Positions 39,461 through 50,230 of a stretch of 64,000 nucleotides of DNA are shown piece by piece (the stretch's first letter is position 1; each line of letters opens with the position of its first letter). A program made the translations under genes and the position numbers. Source of the DNA: Pavona decussata (lineage: Eukaryota); the NCBI GenBank assembly GCA_977016875.1, contig CDRNST010000002.1, positions 2,418,001-2,482,000 on the forward strand, given 5' to 3'. Below the pieces are notes generated by a model. That model did not search any database. It saw only the letters and a list, made by a program, of their open reading frames with translations, and had not been told where the DNA came from.

Positions 39461-41212
39461 ATGGAGGAATCAACAAGAGTCGAGATGGATTGTAATCAAA
39501 CGGAAAACAAGGAAAGTATCATCGCCAAAAAAAAGTTCATGCAAGATGGGTGCGGATGTCGGCGGGGATTGAAAAGTAGTCAGTGTTCCGATCAACTGAC
39601 AGAGGAAAGCGTTCTAGACAATCTATACAACTGCCTGGAACTGTCTCACGTGGAGCTGGACTTGGTTGTCTTAGCAAACATTCAAGCTTTTACGGCGATT
39701 GAAGCAATCGGGGAAAAAAGAAAAAGAAGTCCACCTTACAGCTTTCTTTATCGGTCTCAACCCATCTGCAAGGAGATGTTTCTGAACCTCTACGGCATCA
39801 GTAAATCCCGGTTTCAAAGGCTTGTGGACCATTATCAAAATCATGGTATTTCTCTGCGAATACACGGGAACAGCAAGAGACTACCACATAACGCGGTACC
39901 ACTGGACGTTGCTGAGGATATCAAAAACTTTCTGAGCAACTATGCAGATGAAAATGCTGTGCTGCTTCCAGGAAGGATCCCTGGTTTTAAAAACGAGGAC
40001 ATTCAGCTACTCTCATCGAGCGACACTAAAATGAATGTATGGAAGTCGTTTAAAAGAGCCTGTGAAGAGTCGAACAAGCAAGTTGTAAGTTACACCAAAT
40101 TTACCGACTTGTGGAAACAATTTTATCCAAACGTTGTCGTGTCGAAACCGATGACCGACTTATGCTTCACCTGCCAGCAAAACACTTCCAAGTTACTTCG
40201 AGCAGGCAATCTTCCAGAAGAAGAAAAGTCTGAATGCGTTCAAACACAACAGGAGCATTTGAATTCAGTGAAGACAGAGAGAGAGCTTTATCAAAAGGTT
40301 TGCGAAGAGGCGAAATGCAATTTTCAGGCAGTCGAGGACCAAATAGACCTTGATGAGCGTCACGAATCGTGCTCACTGACAACTACAATGCACTACTCCT
40401 TTGATTTTGCACAACAGGTGCATATACCAAGCAACCCTATGCAACCCGGGCCAATCTACTTTAAAACGCCGCGTAAGTGTGCGATTTTTGGCGTGATGTG
40501 CGAGGCGATCCCTCGGCAGGTAAACTACTTAATTGATGAAGCCAGTGACGTCGGTAAGGGAGCAAACACCACCATAAGTTACGTGCACCATTACTTCGAA
40601 CATCATGGACTTGGAGAAACTTCTGTTCATCTTAATGCCGATAATTGTTCAGGTCAAAACAAGAACAATTATTTTATATGGTACTTGGCTTGGAGGACAA
40701 TACTTCAACTTCATCATTCTGTTAGATACTCATTTTTGATTGCTGGACATACGAAATTTGGTCCTGATCGTTGTTTTGGCATCATCAAGAAATCATACAA
40801 ACTGAACTACATATCGTCAGTATATGAATTTGCTAATATGGTAGAGTCATCAAGCACGGGGATCAACAAAGTACAGCTTGCTGGGACACATGATGGAACA
40901 GTTATCGTCCCAGTATATAACTGGTCTTCTTTTCTTGAACGGTTCTTTAAAAGAGTACCAAATATCAAGAAATACCACCACTTTCGGTTTTCCAAAGACG
41001 AACCCGGTAGAGTTTATTTCAAAGAGCTTCACTCATCTCCCGAACAGTCTTTGATGCTATTGAAAGATCGCGCAGTCCTTCCCCCTGCCTCACAGCTGCC
41101 AGCCAAACTGAATCCAGCAGGGTTGAGCCAAGAACGAAAGGAGTATCTATTCCGTGAGATCAGGCCGTTTTGCAAGCCTGGAACGGAGGACCTGGTTGCA
41201 CCAGCACCTTGA
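39461..41212 (+). CDS. Sola1-type DDD transposase, intact 583 aa
   Basis: YSFDFAQQ, ADNCSGQNKN and GHTKFGPD acidic-triad motifs; PxTDLCFTC motif; N-terminal Cys cluster. Confidence 0.88.
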   Translation: MEESTRVEMDCNQTENKESIIAKKKFMQDGCGCRRGLKSSQCSDQLTEESVLDNLYNCLELSHVELDLVVLANIQAFTAIEAIGEKRKRSPPYSFLYRSQPICKEMFLNLYGISKSRFQRLVDHYQNHGISLRIHGNSKRLPHNAVPLDVAEDIKNFLSNYADENAVLLPGRIPGFKNEDIQLLSSSDTKMNVWKSFKRACEESNKQVVSYTKFTDLWKQFYPNVVVSKPMTDLCFTCQQNTSKLLRAGNLPEEEKSECVQTQQEHLNSVKTERELYQKVCEEAKCNFQAVEDQIDLDERHESCSLTTTMHYSFDFAQQVHIPSNPMQPGPIYFKTPRKCAIFGVMCEAIPRQVNYLIDEASDVGKGANTTISYVHHYFEHHGLGETSVHLNADNCSGQNKNNYFIWYLAWRTILQLHHSVRYSFLIAGHTKFGPDRCFGIIKKSYKLNYISSVYEFANMVESSSTGINKVQLAGTHDGTVIVPVYNWSSFLERFFKRVPNIKKYHHFRFSKDEPGRVYFKELHSSPEQSLMLLKDRAVLPPASQLPAKLNPAGLSQERKEYLFREIRPFCKPGTEDLVAPAP

Positions 41213-41960
41213 ACTCTATTTTAGTATACGAGAAGCGTTATATTTCTAGAAACTTCAAGTTTTTATCGTTGCATTAATTTGTATGTATGAGTTTTGAGCT
41301 TTGACTCATAGTACAATGATTTATCATGATATAGCGACACATGTATACTAAAGATTTAGATTTAAATTAAACGAGATAATCAACTAGTGAATTTCAAGTC
41401 TCGTGTGATTGTTACCTCAATAACTTCGCCCCGATTGAATCGAGTATCGCTAACATTCGACCCCGAATGAAATTTATTCCAAAGTTTTAGTTTACTATTT
41501 TAATTAGCCGTTCACTCGCAGAATTGCCTTGGATCTTTAAAGTTAATTAAAGGGTTTTTTTTTTCAGGCAAATTTATTCGCGAGCCAAAAATTAATTAAT
41601 TTGTGATGTCCTTCGGCACGCGTACGCGTGAATATGCAATACACACGCTCGTCGGTGCTGCGATAACAATAACACGCAGTTCTTTCCTATTCGTTTTTCG
41701 GTCTCGTTCACCGTATTTTGAAGCTGGTTTGCCTGTATGCATGTAAACAGAAAATTAAATACAACTGCAAACACCAAGTGAACTGGTCTACCGGGTCGTT
41801 GTGTTATTCAACGTTGTAAAGCAGACAATAAAATTGTTCGCGCTGGGGGCTGATGCCAACTACCAATATTTACACTTTGTGAATTGTGTGCGAACGGCTA
41901 TTGTTGTTTCTTCTTTTCGAGTTTGTATATTTGATTTGCTTCTCGATTCTCGCGTCTGAC

Positions 41961-42725
41961 CAGGGTCCGAAATTAACTTTTTTAGGCAGGCGCCAAGTAG
42001 CGACTGAAATTTTTTTTTCAGTCGCCATATGGAAAAATGTGGTCGCCAAAAAGCAGAAAAAAAAGTGTCGATAAAATTTTTCCGTCGAAGCGAAACACAA
42101 ACCAAAATTTTTGGTTGCCAGATGGAAAATTCTGGTCGCCAATTTTGGGAGCCGCAATGGCGATTTATACACCTACCACTGAAAAACCACGACGAACGAA
42201 TCGAGTACGCAGTTTCTTAAGACTGCTAAATGTTTCAAGTCAACTTTATACCTTCTCTTGTCTCTACCTTTTGGAGTAGCAATGTACCCGATTGAAAAAC
42301 TGCTGGTTGGTTCTTTACTCTATGTTCAAAACCGTAAACGATCTTTCCTTTCGCGTTCTGTCAAGACGATCGACGGATCGCCATGTTGTTCGCACCAGGC
42401 CACAACCGTGCAGCATTTCTCGTTCAAAAAACATGGCGGCGAAGCTTCGCACTGCTCGAGCTGTGAAGCGTTGTGATAGATTTATAATAACAGGAAAATC
42501 GGTTTTATACTTCAAAAGCAGTGGAAAGGTAAAAAGTAAGTGACCAATTGGCGGGCGGCTTTGAATTTCATTTTTATCGATTTGGCTGAAAATCAAAGTT
42601 ATTGTTTGTATAATGATCGTGGCATGAAATAGTTAATCGCCCGTTGGCGACTAGTTGTGAAATTCTGGTCGCCAGTGCAAAATTTTTAGTCGCATTGGCG
42701 ACCAGGAAAGCGCAATTTCGGACCC
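41961..42725. mobile_element. hAT-like MITE inside Sola1
   Basis: CAGGGTCCGAAATT ... AATTTCGGACCC ends and repeated GTCGCCA/TGGCGAC motifs. No TSD was seen. Confidence 0.7.
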
Positions 42726-43010
42726 ACTCTCGAAACTCGAACGTTCGAGACGTGAGTCCAAACACCTTGCGATTTTATACGCCGATCGCGGCGAATTTGA
42801 TCGTCAGCGAAAATCGCTTCCCGATTGATACGGACACACCTGGCGATTTTTTTCGTCGATCGCGACGATGTGGCACTTCAACCTTGTTCCCGGGCTCAAT
42901 CGAGGAGCGTTTTGAAAACTCGTGACAAAATCGCCCAACCTGATTAGTTGACTTTACTGGCGATTTGCAGCGATGAGCGCAGAAAATCGCGGGAAAAGAC
43001 ACACTTGACG

Positions 43011-43245
43011 AAAGTTTGCTCGATTCTGTTCGATTGACTTCGCTGGGACTGCGGAACAGTTCGTAACAATGGCGGGATTTCCATTCTTAATTTCGTGTCG
43101 CGCGCACTAACAGCTAGTCTCCTACGCAGGCGTTCTTGAGACTAGCTTTCAGTGCGCGCGACACGAAATTAAGAATGGAAATCCCGCCATTGTTACGAAA
43201 TGTCCCGCAGTCCCAGCGAAGTCAGAACAGAATCGAGCAAACTTT
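43011..43245. repeat. Long near-perfect inverted repeat (~110-bp arms)
   Basis: AAAGTTTGCTCGATTCTGTTC...CTAGTCTC [16 nt loop] GAGACTAG...GAACAGAATCGAGCAAACTTT. Confidence 0.95.
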
Positions 43246-43346
43246 TTTTGTCACGAAAGGAACACCAATAATTGAAAACCAAGCGAACAACTAAACTTAC
43301 AAAAGCTTTATCCTTTAAGCTTAAAAAAAAGCATACATGAAATTGA

Positions 43347-46300
43347 TTACAATGAACGAGGGGGAGTAAAGTCTGACATTAAAACTTTGCGGGTAGCACG
43401 ACACTTGGAGTTAATTTTTCCCATAATATTCCTCCAGGCTTTGTCCTTCTCTTCGCTTTTGCTCACTGGAAATTTACTGAAGACTAATAATTTCAGCGAA
43501 TTTAATTTGACACTGTCCAGACATTTTTTGTCATGACTGCCATCAGTATTGCTTTCCGCAAGTTCCTCTTTACTGAAAAAATGTGGCAGCAGCTTCAAGG
43601 CACACAAGTGTCGTTCGGTCTCTGGCTTTGATAGGACGCGCTGAATGGTCTTTATTCTGGTCGGCGTAACACATGTGCTGATCAACTCCTCGCCAACTTC
43701 TTGGGAAGCGCTTCCTTGTTTTGTGGCAGATTGTAGCTCCGTAAGTCGGTTGTCGTCACGAAGTTCACACAGAGTATCATAATTGATGGTCGTCAGGTTT
43801 TGGCTCTGTTCTGATGATTCAGTGTTGTCCTTCACTGGGGTTTCATGGTCTGGTGCAACAATGGATGGGGCATTAAGCTGGTAAAAAAAAAAAAAAAAAC
43901 GTTGTTAAAAGCCCGTGGAAAGTTGCGCGTTGAGTTGCTGTCTGCGGCCGGGATACACATACAAGGGAGAAACTGGGTGTCAAGTGATCTTGTTCCGAAC
44001 TAGTCAATTCAAAATTTATCAACATCGTGGGCTATCACGGCATCTTGAATGCTGACCCACAAAGGAAACCCTTAAGCAATTGAATTAGACTTTTTAATCA
44101 ACGCGCAAGAAGTGAGTTTGACAATGCGGTATTTTGAAAGGAGGTGTGACATTTTCTATTTGTTGCTTTTCTCTTGCCGAAGCAATTGAAAACGTTTGTG
44201 TGAGGTGCCCCTCTTGAGTAAAATGTTTTGTCGCATGGCGATTAGAGTTCCCTATAGTAATGTATGGACGAAAGGTTTTTTCAGTACAAGGGCGTCCAAA
44301 GCAGCAACCCTTCCACATTCGCAATTTATTTCTTACCAGGTTATACTGATTTTCAGCGGCCTGTTCCTGTAGTACGTCAAGACGCCTTTCAAGGTTTGAC
44401 ACAGCAGAACTTGTGGCCATATTCTCCTCAATTCCCGAAACAGACTCCATTATTCTTTTCATCAGCTGCAACAGAAAAGCAAGCGTGGATTAGAGAAATA
44501 TAAACTTCTCCTGATTATGTCGTTTCTTGGGTGTCAAACCAATGGTAAAAGACATAATAAGACTGGTCTGGACTGATCTGAGTGAACTTGTTCGGTTGCT
44601 TAATTACAATTTTTCTTTTTATAAGAATATTGTACTGCATATTCTTATTTTTCTGCCGATGTTAGGCTGAAAATATTCTAATAAATAGTCTTAGATTATA
44701 GCCATCGAACTGTCATTAGCATTGAACATTGGGCTTGTACAGGTTTTAATCATTTTATTAGATTCTTTTCAAAGTCTTAGCCTCGGGTTTATTCTAAAAA
44801 TATTCTTAAAATTTCGCCAATTTCAGCCTCGATATTCTTGTAAAATAAATTCTTCAGGTAAGAAGAGTGTAACAAGACAAGTAAGAAACTGCTCGCAGGA
44901 AACGCGAAGAACTATGAATTAATTTGAACTATAGAAACATTACCATAAGAAGATTTTCCTGCATTTCCATCTGGTTCTTGAGGATCCGAGCGTTGACTGC
45001 TTCAATGTTTTCCAATCTGTTCCTTAATTCTCTACACTCCTCTGTTTTGTTGGCAAGCTGCTGGCGCAAGGGAGCGACGAGGTCCTCTTGTCGATCTTCA
45101 CGGTCAATGCTGCTCGCCTCGGGTTGCTTTACTGTTGGGACTACTGACTGTGCTTTGGCCCTCTTTGCTTCGCGTTCGGTCTTCCACTCCAGACTCCGCT
45201 TCTTCTGCGCCGCTAAAAATTGTTCGTAGGGATCTGAAGGACGTCTCGCTTCACTCTCTGTACTTTGTTCTTCAACAGCCTGAGACATAAAACATCAAGT
45301 CATTAGAGTGAGATAGATACTTTTAAGAAACTACATAGCAAAAAAATCTTTTTCCTAGTGCCAAAAGTTTCCAATTCATTAATTTTTCAGAAGCGATGTT
45401 TAAATAATGGAAATTATTTGACATCGGATTTCCACACAACACTGTTATTTCAAGACGTGTTTGCCTTCTCGTCAAAATAGTGTCGAAAACCACGAAAAGG
45501 CCTATTGCGGTAAAGTACAAGTATAAGCGCTGAATGATTTTTTCTTTACTAACTAATAAAGCCCCATTCACACCAATGTTTTATTAAACCAAGTTTAACA
45601 AAATGAAAATTGGCAACAGAAAGCTGAACTATTGGCTTTGACATACGATTCAAGTGAACTTTAACTTATGGTTTCGTTTGTGCTAATCTGTAGTCGACAA
45701 AAATCCAAAAGCAGCTTTAATGAAGGAAACAATTTTAAACTATGTTTAACTAAACAGCTTTCAAACGCGTTTAACCCTTGGTGTGAATGGGGCGTTAGTC
45801 ATTATTGCCGTGGTCCATTAAGGTACCAGATTGCGCGATGCTAGTGAACTATCAATTGTTACAGTGACCGGTCAAGCATTACTTGTGAGTGTTTCGCACA
45901 ACTTTATAATACTATATCTTACAAACTCGCACATTTGGCATGTTTGACTTGAATACTGATTACTATTTTGCTAAAACAACTAAAGAGATTACTATAAAGG
46001 GCGTCATAGATAACTGGTGTTGCAAATCGGCTGAGATTTCACAATAATTGCATGTAGTAATTAGTAATAATCAGACTAACCCACGCGGTCGATCATCAAT
46101 TATAGTGTATTACTAAAAATCGCTTAGTAAGAAAAGAAAGGAACTATTTTGTGAATTTGTGTCAATATATAACTCGCGTCAGACAAAACAGTTAAACGAA
46201 GATGAATGTTAAAGTAAGGTTAAAAGCTATACTTACATCTTTTGCGCGCACCATTTTCTTTTTGGAAGGCTTGATGGCCAGCTCATTACTTTCCTTCTCT

Positions 46301-47001
46301 TCGGCGTTCACCGACTCGGGGCTCGTAGTAACGGGTAAGTTTTGTTTAGACCACTCTAAATCCTTCGTGTTTAGAACTTTCACGTCATCTACAAGCAAAA
46401 TTGAATGTCCTTTAATGACGGTGATAATAATAACAACAATAATGATAATAAATCAGATTTACATAGCGCTGAATACAGAGTGTGTTTCCGAGAGTGTTTC
46501 CTTGAGTCAGGAACTTTAAAGTAAAAAAAAAAACAAAACAAAAGATTCTTCGATATGTAGCAAACCTTAGCTAAAGGTAATTAATTAGGTTAACTACATT
46601 CCTTCAATTACCCTGGGTACCAGAGATTTCTCTCGCGTTGTTTGGCCAAAGAAAAACTTGTCTTCGGCCGAAGGCCGAGGAGACGAGCGGCGAAGCCACG
46701 AGAAAAGCAGGTCACTTTAAAGACTCGAAACCGGGAAGCGCGCACGAAAAACCTCTGACGCCCAGGGAATCCAACAATTTGAACTAGAATGGACTAAGCG
46801 AAACTTACCATCTAAAGCCAGGATCTCCGCTTCCACTTTTTCTCCATCCCAATTGACAGTCACCACCATTCCTACAGTCAAATCCAGTTGTTTTTCGATG
46901 ATTATTCGAGTTGGTGCGATCCCGGTTTTTTGCTCTTGCCGGAAGTGAAACAACGCATTCGAAGGACGCCTGTTCTGTTTGCACAGCAGTCTGAGAGACA
47001 T
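43347..47001 (-). CDS. Five-exon gene, ~446 aa, coiled coil plus C-terminal BEN domain, carried by Sola1
   Basis: Exons 47001-46809, 46388-46237, 45279-44944, 44465-44337 and 43877-43347. All introns are GT-AG and phase-compatible, giving 1341 nt open. BEN-like signature ALKLLPHFFSKEELAESN..G.....LD..KL....W..I..KINSKCR. Confidence 0.85.
45561..45793. mobile_element. PIF/Harbinger-like MITE in a BEN-gene intron
   Basis: GCCCCATTCACACCA ... TGGTGTGAATGGGGC. Confidence 0.75.
46609..46769. mobile_element. Short MITE in BEN-gene intron 1
   Basis: TACCCTGGGTACCAGAG ... CTCTGACGCCCAGGGAA. Confidence 0.6.
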
Positions 47002-47734
47002 GATTACTGATCTCAAGTAGCAAGTGATAGCACAACTGATAAAAACCGCGAGCTAGACTAGATCGAGTGACAATTGGTCGCTACTCTAGTCATTTTATAC
47101 ACTTTCATAGCGTACGGCGGATCGAAATTCTACAGTTTTTATTGGACAAATGGAGAGTAATTGTTTTTAACTTAGCATATGAATGACACACACGAGTTTG
47201 TGTTTGCATTGGTAATGAGCGGATTGACATCTTGCCGACGGTGCGTATTCCCTCGGGAGATTCCATTTTGATTTCAATCAAAATCGCTTGATATTTGCAT
47301 ACTGTGAAACGTCAAAACATTTTCGGGAAACTAGTTGAATAAACTTGATCTAGAATAAAAAATGTGTATCGATAATCGAATGTACGTAAGTAAAAATGAC
47401 TGAGGAGTAGAAAAAGAACCGTGATTATTCATGAAGGTATTTGTAAACAATGCTTATATTTACAAAGTTCGTGATGAATGTTGTTTATACTGTTATTATC
47501 CCACGCGATAGTATTGTTGGTTTAGCAAGCATGCTCTAAACAAAGCAGAGTTTTACTTGCAGAGGGGAAACACGCTATATCAGGAACCTTTAAGCGTTTA
47601 CCAAACTAACTATAGTCTGTCCGATGTACTCTTGACTGATCGCAGTGCGATGACTGATCACGGCTTGAAACATCCCTTCCAAAGAAATTGTAAGCTACGC
47701 TTTCAAAACAGATCGCCAGCCGTTCGCCACGAAC

Positions 47735-48100
47735 ATCCAGTTCGAATGGCTCACAGAACGTTTAGCTCCAGCCTTTCGAACGGCTCACAATTGTTTTTGA
47801 ACGGATAGCTCAAGCCGTTCGAACGGCTCCCAATTTTTTTCGAACGGATAGCTCCAGCCGTTCGAACGGCTCCCAATTTTTTTTCGAACGGATAGCTCCA
47901 GCCGTTCTAACGGCTCCCAATTTTTTTGAACGGATAGCTCAAGCCGTTCGAACGGCTCCCAATCTATTTGGAACGGATGGCTCCAGCCGTTTGAACGGCT
48001 CCCAATTATTTTTGAACGGATAGCTCAAGCCGTTCGAACGGCATCCCATCCCGTTCGAACGGCTGATGAACGGCTTACGAACGGCTATCCGTTTCAAAAC
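47735..48100. repeat. Right subterminal array with CCGTTCGAACGG palindromes
   Basis: Units of about 42 bp: GAACGGATAGCTCMAGCCGTTCGAACGGCTCCCAATTTTTT. Confidence 0.93.
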
Positions 48101-50230
48101 GGCAAACCGTAAGGAACGTTTTCGCGTGAGAGGTCACATTTTACCTTCCTGAGCTGCAGTTCTTTTTCTGCCCTCCCTCTTCTTGATGCTGCCTTTGCCT
48201 TCATTTTGGTCGGTCCTTTTTTGATTTTTTCTTAATACATCTGCACTGTCTTTTCTGCCTGGTTTAGTCTCTTGCTTGCCTTTTGTGCCCTTGTTTTTCC
48301 CAGATATTTTGTAACCTTGACTCTCCTTTCTGAAAGTGAGAAGTGAATCATTTCATATACTTGACATCACTCTCCTTTCTATTGTGTTTTGCACCTTGAG
48401 TTACTTTCTTGCTGTTATGTTGTTCGGCTGTTCTTTTCTCTGAGTGTCTTTTTGATTGTTCTGTTTAGACCATAACATGCCAGGATTTTGCTTCCTTTGT
48501 AACTTTTCCTGCGCTGGTTTGTGCCTTGAATGTGTCATCTCCTAGTTTGAATAATGGTACAAAGTGATTCACAGTGAATTCCTTTGAGCGATCTGTCCAA
48601 CCTTGAGTGTTAGTCCATAGAATCCGAACATGTCCAGAATTAAAAAAATGACGCCGTTGTCTAGGTTGAAAAACATTTTCGTACACAGGCAAAAGTTTGT
48701 GGCTCGATCAGGATAGACTGTTTCAATGGGAACGCCGAGGACACTTGCAAGAGCCATGATTTGCAAAGTTCTGCTGTATGAATAGTTTAGCGACGTTCTG
48801 ATGATTTTGTTTTCAAATGCTACATCAAAACCCTTTTTTCCAAATACACAGGATGAACTTGCATCAAAACAGGTAAGATCACACAAAGTTTCAACTGACA
48901 TAATACCAGGGCCATGTCTTCCAGACTGGTAATGTATTCTGGAATTCGATAACACAGGATGCGTCCTGTTGAAATTCTTGTTTTTGGCGAGCTGAAGGCA
49001 TGTGCGCAGTCGAATCCAATAAACTAATCAGCCCAAATATATCAGTCCATTCATATATTTCAAAATTGTTTTCGACTCCTTCCATGTGGGGAGAGTAATC
49101 GTTTTGTCACGTTTTGTAACTAGCAAGGGGTAGGAGTTTGCAGTGCTCTTACCGCGTGCAGACGAACTTGAAAAACAACATCTATTGTATTTTTGGTTCA
49201 GTGATTGGCCAGTAGCTCTAATCTCCTAGCAACGGCTAAATCGTTTCCCACACAGTCACTTTTTAGTGTTAAGGTATTCCTGGAGGATAAATTGCACTTT
49301 TTTTGCCCCAATCTAGACACATGAAACCTGTCCAAATAATAGTTCAAATTTAATTTTATTTTCACATATGAAACATTCTATGCAGATTTGATAAAAAATA
49401 TTTTTATTTTGAAAGAATGAAAGGAATTCGTGTAATTTGATATTTTAAATGTGTGGTCGAAACCTGCACATTTTTCTTTTTACCATAGAACTGAAAGAGA
49501 AATTATCCTACCTCAAAGAACTTTCGCCAACGAATAAAGAATATTGGAACCTAAAATTGTGTGCGAGTACGTCAGTGGAAAATCAAACGAAAATGACATA
49601 TGCCCAGAAAACAAATCTTGTGTTGTTATAAAATTTGTCATGCAACAACGGAATCTCCTTTTAACGGCCTTTGACGTACTCGCACCAAAAAGTTCGTATG
49701 GATATGTAGTTCATATCTGCCAAGTTTCACGGCCTTCTGATAAACCTACCAGTAGATATATTAATTTGTATACTCTCACCTAAGAATGAACAGGCTTTTT
49801 GTCCTACAAAATCAGGCAAAAAAAAGAAAATAAATCGCTCCAAACGCTCATGGCGAACTGTTTTCAATGGCAGCCATATTGCCAGTGACTACAATAGTGT
49901 TTTGCAGCGGTTTTGCAGCGGTAAATCGCCAAAAATGAGCCAATAGAGAGCTCTTTCTGTCAGTGTCCCTTCCTTTTATGGGGAGCAATTTTCCCGCGAA
50001 ACCAATCACTGCGTGGCATTATAAACAATAACGCCTTTACATAGCAACGCCACCTTCAATGCGGCACCCCGACAGTAAGTGTTGACAGCGAGGAAGGCAG
50101 ACGAGAATCAAAGCAAAACATCAAAGCGAACACCTAGAGAACATAGTATTTTAATAATTTTTGTATATATATATATATATATCTGTAGTATCATAGTTTA
50201 TTTATATCGCGTGGCGAAGGAAGAGAGGTG

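Larger units (their letters stand above)
38061..48137 (+). mobile_element. Full-length Sola1 DNA transposon (10,077 bp)
   Basis: Perfect 32-bp TIRs (GTGACCTCTCACGCGAAAACGTTCCTTACGGT), a 4-bp ATTT TSD (38057-38060 and 48138-48141) matching the Sola1 AWWT preference, and an open transposase. Confidence 0.9.
37221..49085 (-). pseudogene. Vertnin-like (OTU-fold) gene with a K/E/Q-rich tail, interrupted by Sola1
   Basis: IMALASVLGVPIETVYP and ILWT..GW....F.VNHFVPL motifs (48465-48955). The reading EGKI|KTEETKK is restored when 38061-48141 is removed. Confidence 0.7.

Noticed and set aside
44094-44336. 3' part of ORF 44094-44471 as coding sequence
   Set aside because: A GTAAG donor at 44336 gives an in-phase splice to the BEN exon, so this stretch is probably intron.
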